A stretch of DNA of 64,000 nt from a virus: IMG/VR virus record IMGVR_UViG_3300006750_000002, positions 96,001 to 160,000 of that record; one strand, written 5' to 3'. Position 1 is the stretch's first letter, and each line of letters opens with the position of its first letter. Below, piece after piece: positions 56,138 to 64,000 of this stretch. Under the pieces are notes generated by a model, which worked only from the letters and a program-made list of their open reading frames with translations, ran no database searches and was not told the DNA's origin. The position numbers were made by a program, and so were the translations under genes.

Positions 56138-57925
56138 ATGGGTGAAAAAATTAATAAATGGGACACACTTTTTAAGGGTGTAGATGAAAAATTTGAGTTA
56201 TTATCTTATGAAGATTGTAACGTAGTAGACGGAAACGGGGGTGAACTAGTGAAAAAAACTAGTGTACCTTATGTACATAAAAAACATAGTAAGAGAACGA
56301 AACATGTTGAGGTTAGGCACTTCACACCAAAAACAGAGGTGATGGCTCTTGGTGAAAAGGAATGGTTAGAAAAATCGGTACAGGTACTTAATAGTGCTTT
56401 AGTGAGGAGAACTACTGTAGTGTTAGAAAAGAATGAAGATAAGGTTAAACTTTCTATGTTTAATTTTCGTAAAAGGAGACAGGTGGGACACCGATATTTC
56501 GCTAAAGGTAGTAAGGATATTCACATTACTTTTAATTTAAAAACTAAGAACTTCTACATTACCAACTCTCATTTTGCACATAGACGTAGAACCACCTCCG
56601 TCACTAAAAATGATTTTTCAAAAATTATTAATCAAATACATTCTTTAACGTTCACCAACCCATTTGGCCCACTAGTCCATCCTGAAACCCAACGAGGTAC
56701 GACAACACCCCCAAACGTTAACGCATTAAAAGCTTTAATAGGGTTAGTGGAAGAATTAGAGTTGGACATTACGGTATTGCCTAATAGTGTGAACTCACCA
56801 GGGGATTTGTTAGGAACAATTATAATGGAATGGTTTATAAAGGTGTGGAAAATTAAAACACCCAACGACTACACTTACTACCTGTTAAAACATTATCCTG
56901 GAATTAAAAAACTAAGAAAATATAATATGAGTTTAATTCATACTATATTAGGTGAAAGGGGACTTAAAGGTAAGTTTTATAATAAATTACTTAATCTTGA
57001 ACCAGAAATTAATGTTACAGACCTACACTTACTCCAGAGAACCTTAGGGGATGATGGGGTAAAAAGAATCTCCGTACATATATTAGCTTCTAGTAAAACT
57101 TTCGAAGATACTAAGTTCACCCAACCCGAACATCTAATTACTAATGTAGGGTATTGGGATAAGCTTTCTAAATATGAGAAAAATAATATAATCAATATAT
57201 ACAATACCTGTAAAGACCCTACTAGAATTCAAGGATTTATAGATTTATTGTTGGACCACTTTAAAATTAAAAATAAATTACAAGGTTATGGTGTTATTAA
57301 AAATATAAAATCTAAAACCCTGGATAAATTTAATGACGAACATAGTGAATGGTCTAATTTACTTCACGGATGTGAAAGAACCACACAAGTCAATTACCTA
57401 TACCCAGATAACTTTTTAACTCATATAGAAAAACCTATAGAATTAGATGGTAACATATATTTTGTGAAAGTATTAAAGGACGATAGTGATTACTTTAAAG
57501 AAGGGCAAATTCAAAATCACTGCGTAAGAACTTATTTGGATAGATACACAAGTATTATAATTTCAGTTAGAAAAAATCATGAAAGTGGAATGGAAAGAAT
57601 GACTTGTGAGTTTAGGAAGGAGTGGTATGCGAGAGGGGGAGAAGAGTACAATACACCAACGTTATCTCAAGCTAGAATGAAATACAATAATATTCCACAA
57701 GGAGACTGGGAAGTTATTATGAAGTTATTACGAAAAGAATTTTTAGATTATAGTTGTAAACCTAAAAATAATACAATGCCAATAATTAAGATTAGTAATA
57801 AAATGACAAACCATGTTGAGACTTTAAAATATGACGTAGAAGTTAATCGGTTTATAAGTGATGGCGTACCCACCACACCAAGGGATAGACGTGAAAATTA
57901 TGTTGGAGATGATTTACCTTTTTAA
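56138..57925 (+). CDS. PcfJ-like domain protein
   Basis: C-terminal H..WS...Y...F...KVLKDDSDYFKEGQIQNHCVRTY...IISVR...TCEF. Confidence 0.7.
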   Translation: MGEKINKWDTLFKGVDEKFELLSYEDCNVVDGNGGELVKKTSVPYVHKKHSKRTKHVEVRHFTPKTEVMALGEKEWLEKSVQVLNSALVRRTTVVLEKNEDKVKLSMFNFRKRRQVGHRYFAKGSKDIHITFNLKTKNFYITNSHFAHRRRTTSVTKNDFSKIINQIHSLTFTNPFGPLVHPETQRGTTTPPNVNALKALIGLVEELELDITVLPNSVNSPGDLLGTIIMEWFIKVWKIKTPNDYTYYLLKHYPGIKKLRKYNMSLIHTILGERGLKGKFYNKLLNLEPEINVTDLHLLQRTLGDDGVKRISVHILASSKTFEDTKFTQPEHLITNVGYWDKLSKYEKNNIINIYNTCKDPTRIQGFIDLLLDHFKIKNKLQGYGVIKNIKSKTLDKFNDEHSEWSNLLHGCERTTQVNYLYPDNFLTHIEKPIELDGNIYFVKVLKDDSDYFKEGQIQNHCVRTYLDRYTSIIISVRKNHESGMERMTCEFRKEWYARGGEEYNTPTLSQARMKYNNIPQGDWEVIMKLLRKEFLDYSCKPKNNTMPIIKISNKMTNHVETLKYDVEVNRFISDGVPTTPRDRRENYVGDDLPF

Positions 57926-57972
57926 TCATATTTTGTATATTTTATTAAAATAAATTTTTTATAATAATTAAG

Positions 57973-59049
57973 ATGAGAGTAAAATTAGAATATATTTGGT
58001 TGGACGGTAACGAACCTACTCAGAAACTAAGGAGTAAGACTAAAATTTGGGATTATTACCACATGACAGACCCTCTAGAATTAAATGGTAGGGTATTAGC
58101 ATATAACGGAAGAGTAATTCCTAGTCCAGATGAACTACCTAATTGGAATTTTGATGGGTCCTCCACTAACCAAGCTAAAGGTAATAAATCGGATTGTGTA
58201 TTAAAACCGGTTCGTATTGTAATGGACCCACAAAGGTTAGACGGTTTTTTAGTTATGTGTGAGGTAATGAATAGTGATGGTACACCACATAAAACTAATA
58301 AAAGACATAATTTAATTGACGACCCAGAGTATTGGTTTGGTTTCGAACAAGAATACATCTTAACTAAAACTGGTACCCCACTAGGGTTCCCTACTGAAGG
58401 TTACCCAAAACCACAAGGAGACTATTACTGTGGTTTAGGTTCAGAGAATGTGGTGGGTAGAGATATCGTAGAAGAACACTTACAGGTCTGTTTAGAAGCT
58501 AACCTTAATATTACAGGTACTAACGCAGAGGTAATGATTGGACAATGGGAATACCAAATACTCTCAAAAGGGGCTAAAAAAGCGAGTGATGAATTATGGT
58601 TATCTAGGTTTTTATTAATTAGACTAACTGAAAAGTATGACTTAAGAGTAGACTTTAAACCAAAACCTGTCGAGGGTGATTGGAATGGTTCTGGGTTGCA
58701 TGTGAATTTTTCTAGTGACTTAACAAGAGAAGTTGGAGGGGAAGAAATGTTTAATTCAATATGTGAAAAATTAGGTAACACACATAGTAAACATATGGAG
58801 GTTTATGGGGAAGAAAACAACAAAAGACTTACGGGTTTACACGAAACACAACACATTAATAAATTTAGTTATGGGGTTAGTGATAGAGGAGCTAGTATCC
58901 GAATACCACCTTCAACTGTAGAAAATGGTTGGAAGGGTTATTTAGAAGATAGAAGGCCGGCAAGTAACGCGGACCCATACCTATTGACGGGTACAATATA
59001 CGATACTCTATTAAAGGCAGAAGATAAATTTAGAACAATAGAAGTTTAA
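57973..59049 (+). CDS. glnII: Glutamine synthetase type II (GlnII), apparently intact
   Basis: EYIWLDG, FDGSST, GFEQEY, GTNAEVMIGQWEYQ, WNGSGLHVNFS, RLTGLHET, RGASIRIP, GYLEDRRPASN. Confidence 0.92.
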   Translation: MRVKLEYIWLDGNEPTQKLRSKTKIWDYYHMTDPLELNGRVLAYNGRVIPSPDELPNWNFDGSSTNQAKGNKSDCVLKPVRIVMDPQRLDGFLVMCEVMNSDGTPHKTNKRHNLIDDPEYWFGFEQEYILTKTGTPLGFPTEGYPKPQGDYYCGLGSENVVGRDIVEEHLQVCLEANLNITGTNAEVMIGQWEYQILSKGAKKASDELWLSRFLLIRLTEKYDLRVDFKPKPVEGDWNGSGLHVNFSSDLTREVGGEEMFNSICEKLGNTHSKHMEVYGEENNKRLTGLHETQHINKFSYGVSDRGASIRIPPSTVENGWKGYLEDRRPASNADPYLLTGTIYDTLLKAEDKFRTIEV

Positions 59050-59051
59050 AA

Positions 59052-59330
59052 ATGAAAATAACATTATTTAGTCAGTGGGAGTGTAAAACCTGTGTGGAAC
59101 TTAAAGAAAAACTAAAAGAAGAAAAGATAACCTATAAAATTATAGAAGTCTTAGACCATAAAGAACTGTGGAAAGAAATTAGAGAACGACAACTTCAGTT
59201 AGAACCTAAAAGTATAATGTATACCCCCACTTTGTTAGTGGAGAGTAATGGTGTTGGGGTTTATATTTCAGCTGGTAGAGATTTTGATGGGGTAGAAGAG
59301 GCTTTAAACAAACTAAAAGAATATTTATAA
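59052..59330 (+). CDS. Glutaredoxin-like protein (CKTC)
   Basis: ITLFSQWECKTC...YTPTL thioredoxin fold. Confidence 0.7.
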   Translation: MKITLFSQWECKTCVELKEKLKEEKITYKIIEVLDHKELWKEIRERQLQLEPKSIMYTPTLLVESNGVGVYISAGRDFDGVEEALNKLKEYL

Positions 59331-59332
59331 TT

Positions 59333-59644
59333 ATGGAAGTAAATGATAACACTTTAGAAAAAACTCTAAAAGATAATAAGGTAGTTTTATTAGATTTTTG
59401 GGCAGAATGGTGTGGGCCTTGCAGATTATTAGGCCCTACTATGGAAGAATTAAAAACAGATTTTGAAGGTAAAGCACTTGTAGGTAAGATAAATGTCACA
59501 GACAATCCTCACTCCTCTGACGAGTATGGGGTACGAAGTATTCCCACAGTCATCATGTATAAAGATGGTAAAGAGGTAGAAAGGTTGGTAGGTATCAGGG
59601 ATAAAACTTTTTATAGTGATAAAATTAATTATTATTTAAATTAA
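59333..59644 (+). CDS. trxA: Thioredoxin
   Basis: LLDFWAEWCGPC and YGVRSIPT. Confidence 0.92.
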   Translation: MEVNDNTLEKTLKDNKVVLLDFWAEWCGPCRLLGPTMEELKTDFEGKALVGKINVTDNPHSSDEYGVRSIPTVIMYKDGKEVERLVGIRDKTFYSDKINYYLN

Positions 59645-59645
59645 A

Positions 59646-59918
59646 ATGAAAACATTGTTATTATATTCTGAAGAGGGTTGTCCTTGGTGTACTCAGATGA
59701 AAGGTTTATTGGAAGAAAATAATATTAGGTTCTTAGTTAGAGATATTGAGAGATATGATAAGGAGTGGGAGAAGGTTAGTGAAGAAGCTAAAACAGAGTA
59801 CATCCCAACAGCTTGTATAGTAGACCACCAAGAAAAAACCAAAACTTATTTAACACCAGATGTCGACTTTGACGAGATTGAAGAAGGTGTGGAGAAAATT
59901 AAAATATTAATGAAATAA
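59646..59918 (+). CDS. Glutaredoxin-like protein (CPWC)
   Basis: LYSEEGCPWC...YIPTA. Confidence 0.75.
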   Translation: MKTLLLYSEEGCPWCTQMKGLLEENNIRFLVRDIERYDKEWEKVSEEAKTEYIPTACIVDHQEKTKTYLTPDVDFDEIEEGVEKIKILMK

Positions 59919-60520
59919 TGGGATTAGATATTTCATATTATAGTAATGTAAAACGTATACCTGACGAAGAAATTCCAGCGGGTGTGGAACCATTTAACCG
60001 AGCCTATGATGATTGGGTATATGGTTTTTATGATAAAGGGTATAATCTACATTATATTGACACAGATAGGGGTTTGTTTGGTGGCCACATGAAAGGGTTA
60101 GAACCTGGATGGTATAAAACCAAATCTGGAGATGAAGGTGGTTATCTTAGAGCGGGAAGTTATTCGGGATACAATGAGTGGAGAAGCGACCTTGCGTTAG
60201 CGGCAGGTTACCCTGGTGGGGCAGAAGAAGTTTGGAGTATGTCTGATAAACTCTACCAACCAGATAGCCCACCCTTTTTAGAATTAATTTATTTTTCTGA
60301 CTCTGATGGTATCATAGGTCCAGAGGTTAGTAAAAAACTTTATAATGATTTTGTTAAGTACGAAAATAATATTAAACAAGTAATAGATACATGGTACCTT
60401 AAATTTGACCCCAAAAAAGAGTTCGATACCGGTCAGTTCAAATGGTTCATTCACAAATATGAGGAATGGAAAGAGGCTTTTAAAACTGCGTCAGAAAACG
60501 GGTTTGTCTCCTTTCACTAA
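59918..60520 (+). CDS. Hypothetical phage protein
   Basis: 200 aa; RAGSYSGYNEWR and PFLELIYFSDSDGIIG motifs. Confidence 0.7.
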   Translation: MGLDISYYSNVKRIPDEEIPAGVEPFNRAYDDWVYGFYDKGYNLHYIDTDRGLFGGHMKGLEPGWYKTKSGDEGGYLRAGSYSGYNEWRSDLALAAGYPGGAEEVWSMSDKLYQPDSPPFLELIYFSDSDGIIGPEVSKKLYNDFVKYENNIKQVIDTWYLKFDPKKEFDTGQFKWFIHKYEEWKEAFKTASENGFVSFH

Positions 60521-60523
60521 AAC

Positions 60524-60552
60524 TTGACAATACACTTTATTTTTATTATTCT
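60524..60552 (+). promoter_or_regulatory. Sigma70-like promoter
   Basis: TTGACA-N17-TATTCT upstream of the ATG at 60572. Confidence 0.55.
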
Positions 60553-60571
60553 TCTATCAAACATTAAAATA

Positions 60572-61411
60572 ATGGTAGAAGAAACCCCGACCCTAGAACA
60601 AATCGCCGAATTAAATCCAGACGCTATAGTGTTAGACGGTCTACATGGAGCAATCGTCGGTATAGGGTATTCAAAAGATTTAGAACCTAGGTTGATTTAT
60701 TCAATAGAAACTATTATATTAACTCTTATGGGACGTGACAAAATGACAGAACAAGAAGCTATAGAATTTTATGACTATAATATTGCAGATGGGTATTTTG
60801 GAAAACATGGCCCCATATTTTTAGAAAAACCAACACAACAAAGTAGTGAGGTTATAGGAAAAGAAGGTGCCATAGAATTTAATAATTTACCTTCAAAATC
60901 TTCTACACCTACTATGACATATGCTGGAGTGGGTTCCAGAGTTACTCCAGCTTCTATATTAAAAGCTATGACAGACGTAGCTAAAATGCTTGAGTCTAAA
61001 GGATATACTTTAAATACAGGTAAAACATTTAGAAATAAAGAAGAAGGTGCAGATAAGGCATTTTCAGATGGTACAACTCAAAAGAATTTGTTTTCACCAG
61101 AAGTACAAGGTAGTAGAATAAAAGAACAAACTATAGCTAAAGAAATACATCCTGCACCCTCAAGATTAAAGGGTGGAGGCCTTAAACTTATGGCTAGAAA
61201 TACTAATCAAATATTTGGAGATAATTTAGATACTCCTGTTGATTTTGTATTATTCTACGCTGAAGAAACAGATAATCCATTAAGACCTAAAGGTGGAACA
61301 GGGCAAGCAGTAGAAATGGCTAGGCGTAAAGGTATTCCAACTATTAATATGACTGATACTAATTGGAAAAATCAATTAGAAAAAGTATTAGAATTACCCA
61401 ATAACAACTAA
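60572..61411 (+). CDS. Fusion of a small phage domain and a SLOG/DprA-like domain
   Basis: N-part DGLHGAIVG...YS...EAIEFYDYNI...GPIF; C-part YAGVGSR.TP...TG...GAD.AF...GGTGQAVEMARRKGIPTIN. Confidence 0.7.
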   Translation: MVEETPTLEQIAELNPDAIVLDGLHGAIVGIGYSKDLEPRLIYSIETIILTLMGRDKMTEQEAIEFYDYNIADGYFGKHGPIFLEKPTQQSSEVIGKEGAIEFNNLPSKSSTPTMTYAGVGSRVTPASILKAMTDVAKMLESKGYTLNTGKTFRNKEEGADKAFSDGTTQKNLFSPEVQGSRIKEQTIAKEIHPAPSRLKGGGLKLMARNTNQIFGDNLDTPVDFVLFYAEETDNPLRPKGGTGQAVEMARRKGIPTINMTDTNWKNQLEKVLELPNNN

Positions 61412-61438
61412 AAAAAATAAAAATATTACTCCAGGGGC

Positions 61439-61466
61439 TTGACAGGGGGAATTTTTTTCCTATAAT
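61439..61466 (+). promoter_or_regulatory. Promoter of the TROVE-like gene/ncRNA unit
   Basis: TTGACA-N16-TATAAT. Confidence 0.65.
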
Positions 61467-61543
61467 TAAACAACGTTAGTGACTTTTACCATTTTTTTAC
61501 TTACTTATACAACTATTCAAAACAGACTTTAAAACTAGAAATT

Positions 61544-62983
61544 ATGAATTTACGAGACTCACTTCAGACACAAGACACGGTAACCGAAAAGGGGATGACA
61601 ACTAACTCATCTACTTTAAATCACTGTGTAGACCTATTTTTTCAGATAGGTGCGATGAGAGGGATGGACAAGAAAAGACTTGTTTCTAAATTCTCAAAGG
61701 CATATAACGAAGACGCTCTAATGTCCATGAGAATTTTATTCTGGGCAAGAGACGTAAGAGGTGGTGCTGGTGAAAGACAAATTTTTAGAGATTTACTAGA
61801 TTGGTTATGTGAAAACCACAGTGATGTACTAAACAAAAATGTTCACTTAATTAGTGAATATGGAAGGTGGGATGATATTTTGACACTTGTTGGTACTACA
61901 AACTGTTGGTTGGAACCATTAGCTTTAATCAAAACCGCTTTGGAAAACAAAGATGGGTTATGTGCAAAGTGGATGCCAAGAAAAGGTGTGAAAGCAAATA
62001 CGATTAGAAAGTACATGAAAATGACACCTAAAGAATATCGTAAGATGGTAGTGGGGCTAACTAATGTGGTGGAAACTAGTATGTGTGCTAAGGAATGGGA
62101 GAATATTGATTATTCTAAATTACCATCCTTGGCATCGTCTAGGTACCAAAGAGCATTCCATAAGAATGATGGTGAAAGGTATGAGGAGTATGTAGAGTCT
62201 CTTAAAAAGGGAACTACTAAGATTAACAGTGGAGCAGTTTACCCTTACGACATCACTAAATCTGTTAAGTTCGGTGACGTGGAAGTTGCTAGTGAACAGT
62301 GGAAAGTTTTACCTAATTACATGGAAGGTTCTGAAGAAAGAATTCTCCCAGTGGTAGATGTTTCAGGTTCGATGGGTTGTCCCGTGGGAAATAACCCTAA
62401 CCTTACTTGTTTGGATGTCGCAATCTCATTAGGTTTATACATTTCGGAAAGAAACTTAGGACCCTTCCAAGATACGTTTGTAACGTTCTCGGCGAGACCG
62501 AAACTTCAAGTACTTAATGGTAACCTAAGGGATAGAATAGTGCAATTGTCACAAGCGGATTGGGGCATGACCACTAACCTAGAAGCTACCTTTCAACTGA
62601 TTCTAGGTCAAGCTGTTAAACACCAAGTTTCACAAGATGAAATGCCTACCAAAGTATTGATTCTCTCAGATATGGAATTTGATGAAGCTACAGCTAAGTC
62701 ATGGAGAACTTACGATAAAGTACCTCAGTGGAATCCAACCGCACAACAAATGATTAAAGGAATGTATGAAGAAGCTGGATACGAAATGCCAGATATCGTT
62801 TACTGGAACTTAAATGCCAGAAATGATAATTTCCCAACTTCAGTTAATGAAATGGGAACAGCGTTAGTGTCTGGTTTCTCTCCTTCAATCATGAAAAGTA
62901 TTTTAACATGTGAGGAGTTTACTCCTTACAAAATAATGATGGAGACTATCGACTCTGGTCGATACGAACCAATCAGGGTCTGA
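61544..62983 (+). CDS. DUF2828-family TROVE/Ro60-like protein with a C-terminal vWA domain
   Basis: CVDLFF, ILFWARDVRGGAGER, YGRWDD, AKWMPR, SLASSRY; MIDAS VVDVSGSM and ILSDMEFD; IVYWNL and VSGFSPS. Confidence 0.85.
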   Translation: MNLRDSLQTQDTVTEKGMTTNSSTLNHCVDLFFQIGAMRGMDKKRLVSKFSKAYNEDALMSMRILFWARDVRGGAGERQIFRDLLDWLCENHSDVLNKNVHLISEYGRWDDILTLVGTTNCWLEPLALIKTALENKDGLCAKWMPRKGVKANTIRKYMKMTPKEYRKMVVGLTNVVETSMCAKEWENIDYSKLPSLASSRYQRAFHKNDGERYEEYVESLKKGTTKINSGAVYPYDITKSVKFGDVEVASEQWKVLPNYMEGSEERILPVVDVSGSMGCPVGNNPNLTCLDVAISLGLYISERNLGPFQDTFVTFSARPKLQVLNGNLRDRIVQLSQADWGMTTNLEATFQLILGQAVKHQVSQDEMPTKVLILSDMEFDEATAKSWRTYDKVPQWNPTAQQMIKGMYEEAGYEMPDIVYWNLNARNDNFPTSVNEMGTALVSGFSPSIMKSILTCEEFTPYKIMMETIDSGRYEPIRV

Positions 62984-63243
62984 TGGGTAGACCAAAGAAT
63001 CTCTTCGGCAAAATTTAACTATAAATCAAAACCAGAGAGAGAGGTGGAAGTTACTCCCCACCTTGTTGAATAACAAAAAAAGGGGTATTTAGTCTCAGGA
63101 GTCCTAAGTAAAAAAAGAGTCCAAACATGATTCTGACTACCCAGAAGATTTGACAACTATCGTGACATGTTCACGTTTTTATAGAAAGGAAGGTTACAGC
63201 AATCTTTAATTGTAACCAAATCAAACAACGACCCCCTTCCTGA
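62984..63243 (+). ncRNA. Putative structured ncRNA(s): two homologous stem-CRGCAA...stem-GA units
   Basis: No ORF in the track here. Stems TGGGTAG/CTACCCA, AGAATC/GATTCT, AGGTGG/CCACCT, TTGTT/AACAA, CGTGA/TCACG, AGGAAGG/CCTTCCT and GGTTACA/TGTAACC; lies between the TROVE-like stop and a terminator. Confidence 0.65.
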
Positions 63244-63250
63244 ATTTATT

Positions 63251-63279
63251 AAAACCCCAGTGACGACTGGGGTTTTTTT
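63251..63279 (+). terminator. Intrinsic terminator
   Basis: AAAACCCCAGT-GACG-ACTGGGGTTTTTTT. Confidence 0.85.
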
Positions 63280-63280
63280 A

Positions 63281-63312
63281 TTTGCATATATAAAGTATTT
63301 TCCCTATATTTG
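63281..63312 (+). promoter_or_regulatory. Bacteroidota sigma-A promoter
   Basis: TTTG-N20-TATATTTG. Confidence 0.75.
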
Positions 63313-63332
63313 TATTAATAAAATTAGAAATT

Positions 63333-64000
63333 ATGCCAAAGATATTTGAAGTAGGGGGTTGTGTTAGAGATGAGATACTAGGTGTCCACACAAATGACAT
63401 TGATTTCACTTTTGTACTAGATGATATTAATCAGACAGTAGATGAAGGTTGGGAACAAATGTTGGGCCACTTAAAATCCACAGGATTTAAAATATTTTTG
63501 GAGACAAAAGATTGTTTTACTGTAAGAGCCAAATTCCCTAAAGGACATAAACACGAAGGTCTAGTTGCAGATTTTGTAATGGCAAGAAAAGAAGTGGGCG
63601 TGATTCCTGGTACTAGAAAACCTGTTCTTAAGTTGGGCACCCTAGAGGATGATTTGACTCGAAGAGATTTTACACTAAACGCTTTAGCCAAAGATTTAGA
63701 TGGTAACATCATCGATTTATTTGATGGGCAACTTCATTTGATTTTAAATTTGTTGATTACTCCTTTGGACCCAGTTACCACCTTTTTAGACGACCCTCTT
63801 CGTATGATTCGCGCACTTAGATTTCACATTACCAGAGGTTTTCAAATCCATGAAACTGTATGGGAAGCAATTTTCACTCCAGGCCTTATAGATAAGTTGG
63901 AAGAAGTGGTTTCACAAGAACGAATCCAAGGAGAAGTTATGAAAATGATGAAACACGACACAGTAAAAACTTTACGATTGTTTTCTAAGATTGATAAAGC
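63333..64000 (+). CDS. cca: Class II tRNA nucleotidyltransferase (CCA-adding-type), truncated by the window end
   Basis: Hand-translated MPKIFEVGGCVRDEILG..NDIDF, EDDLTRRDFTLNALA, DDPLRMIRALRF and VSQERI. Absent from the ORF track because there is no stop in the window. Confidence 0.9.
   Translation, partial: MPKIFEVGGCVRDEILGVHTNDIDFTFVLDDINQTVDEGWEQMLGHLKSTGFKIFLETKDCFTVRAKFPKGHKHEGLVADFVMARKEVGVIPGTRKPVLKLGTLEDDLTRRDFTLNALAKDLDGNIIDLFDGQLHLILNLLITPLDPVTTFLDDPLRMIRALRFHITRGFQIHETVWEAIFTPGLIDKLEEVVSQERIQGEVMKMMKHDTVKTLRLFSKIDK

Noticed and set aside
62976-63154. Canonical Y-RNA box (GGTCTGA ... TTGAC)
   Set aside because: The 5' element overlaps the stop codon, flanking pairing is poor, and stronger alternative stems exist; no claim of a canonical Y RNA is made.
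62984-63243. tRNA or tmRNA gene
   Set aside because: No TTCRA T-loop, D-loop GG in a cloverleaf context, or 3' CCA end.
1-64000. Stop-codon reassignment (TAG or TGA recoding seen in some large phages)
   Set aside because: Recognisable genes are full length in code 11 and end in TAA, TAG or TGA without in-frame continuation into the next gene.

Overview
This is a 64-kb segment of a large, AT-rich tailed dsDNA phage (jumbo-type gene content) read in the standard code. Several independent signals point to a Bacteroidota host, probably Flavobacteriia-like: TTTG-N19/20-TAnnTTTG promoters, no Shine-Dalgarno motifs upstream of genes, a Bacteroidota-type RpoD-like sigma factor, bS21, type II glutamine synthetase, an H1-like small protein and SprB-type repeats. 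Layout: 1-16.6 kb giant Cys/Gly/Thr-rich tail/baseplate-like genes; 16.6-22.9 kb resolvase, primase, exonuclease and SbcD/SbcC; 22.9-38 kb accessory genes, sigma factor, membrane proteins, DnaJ and a DUF4338-like protein; 38-54 kb late genes marked by a TATTTATA motif (three paralogous 'WCTA' proteins, M23 peptidase, amidase, bS21, a 917-aa mosaic protein, DHH phosphoesterase, lysozyme); 54-64 kb host-promoter-driven genes (DUF932, PcfJ-like, GlnII, three thioredoxin-fold proteins, a SLOG fusion, a DUF2828/TROVE-vWA protein and a CCA-adding enzyme). The strongest leads are: (i) a structured non-coding region of two homologous 'stem-CRGCAA...stem-GA' units right after the Ro60/TROVE-like gene and before the CCA enzyme; (ii) an unannotated 20-aa, 9-Cys metallothionein-like peptide; (iii) T4-like capsid-targeting/LxE motifs on about ten late proteins, suggesting injected head cargo; (iv) promoter-to-ATG spacings of 3-4 nt that imply leaderless mRNAs, alongside a phage bS21. 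All family assignments come from motif recognition by eye; no database searches were run. No tRNA, CRISPR array, reverse transcriptase, integrase or intein was seen.
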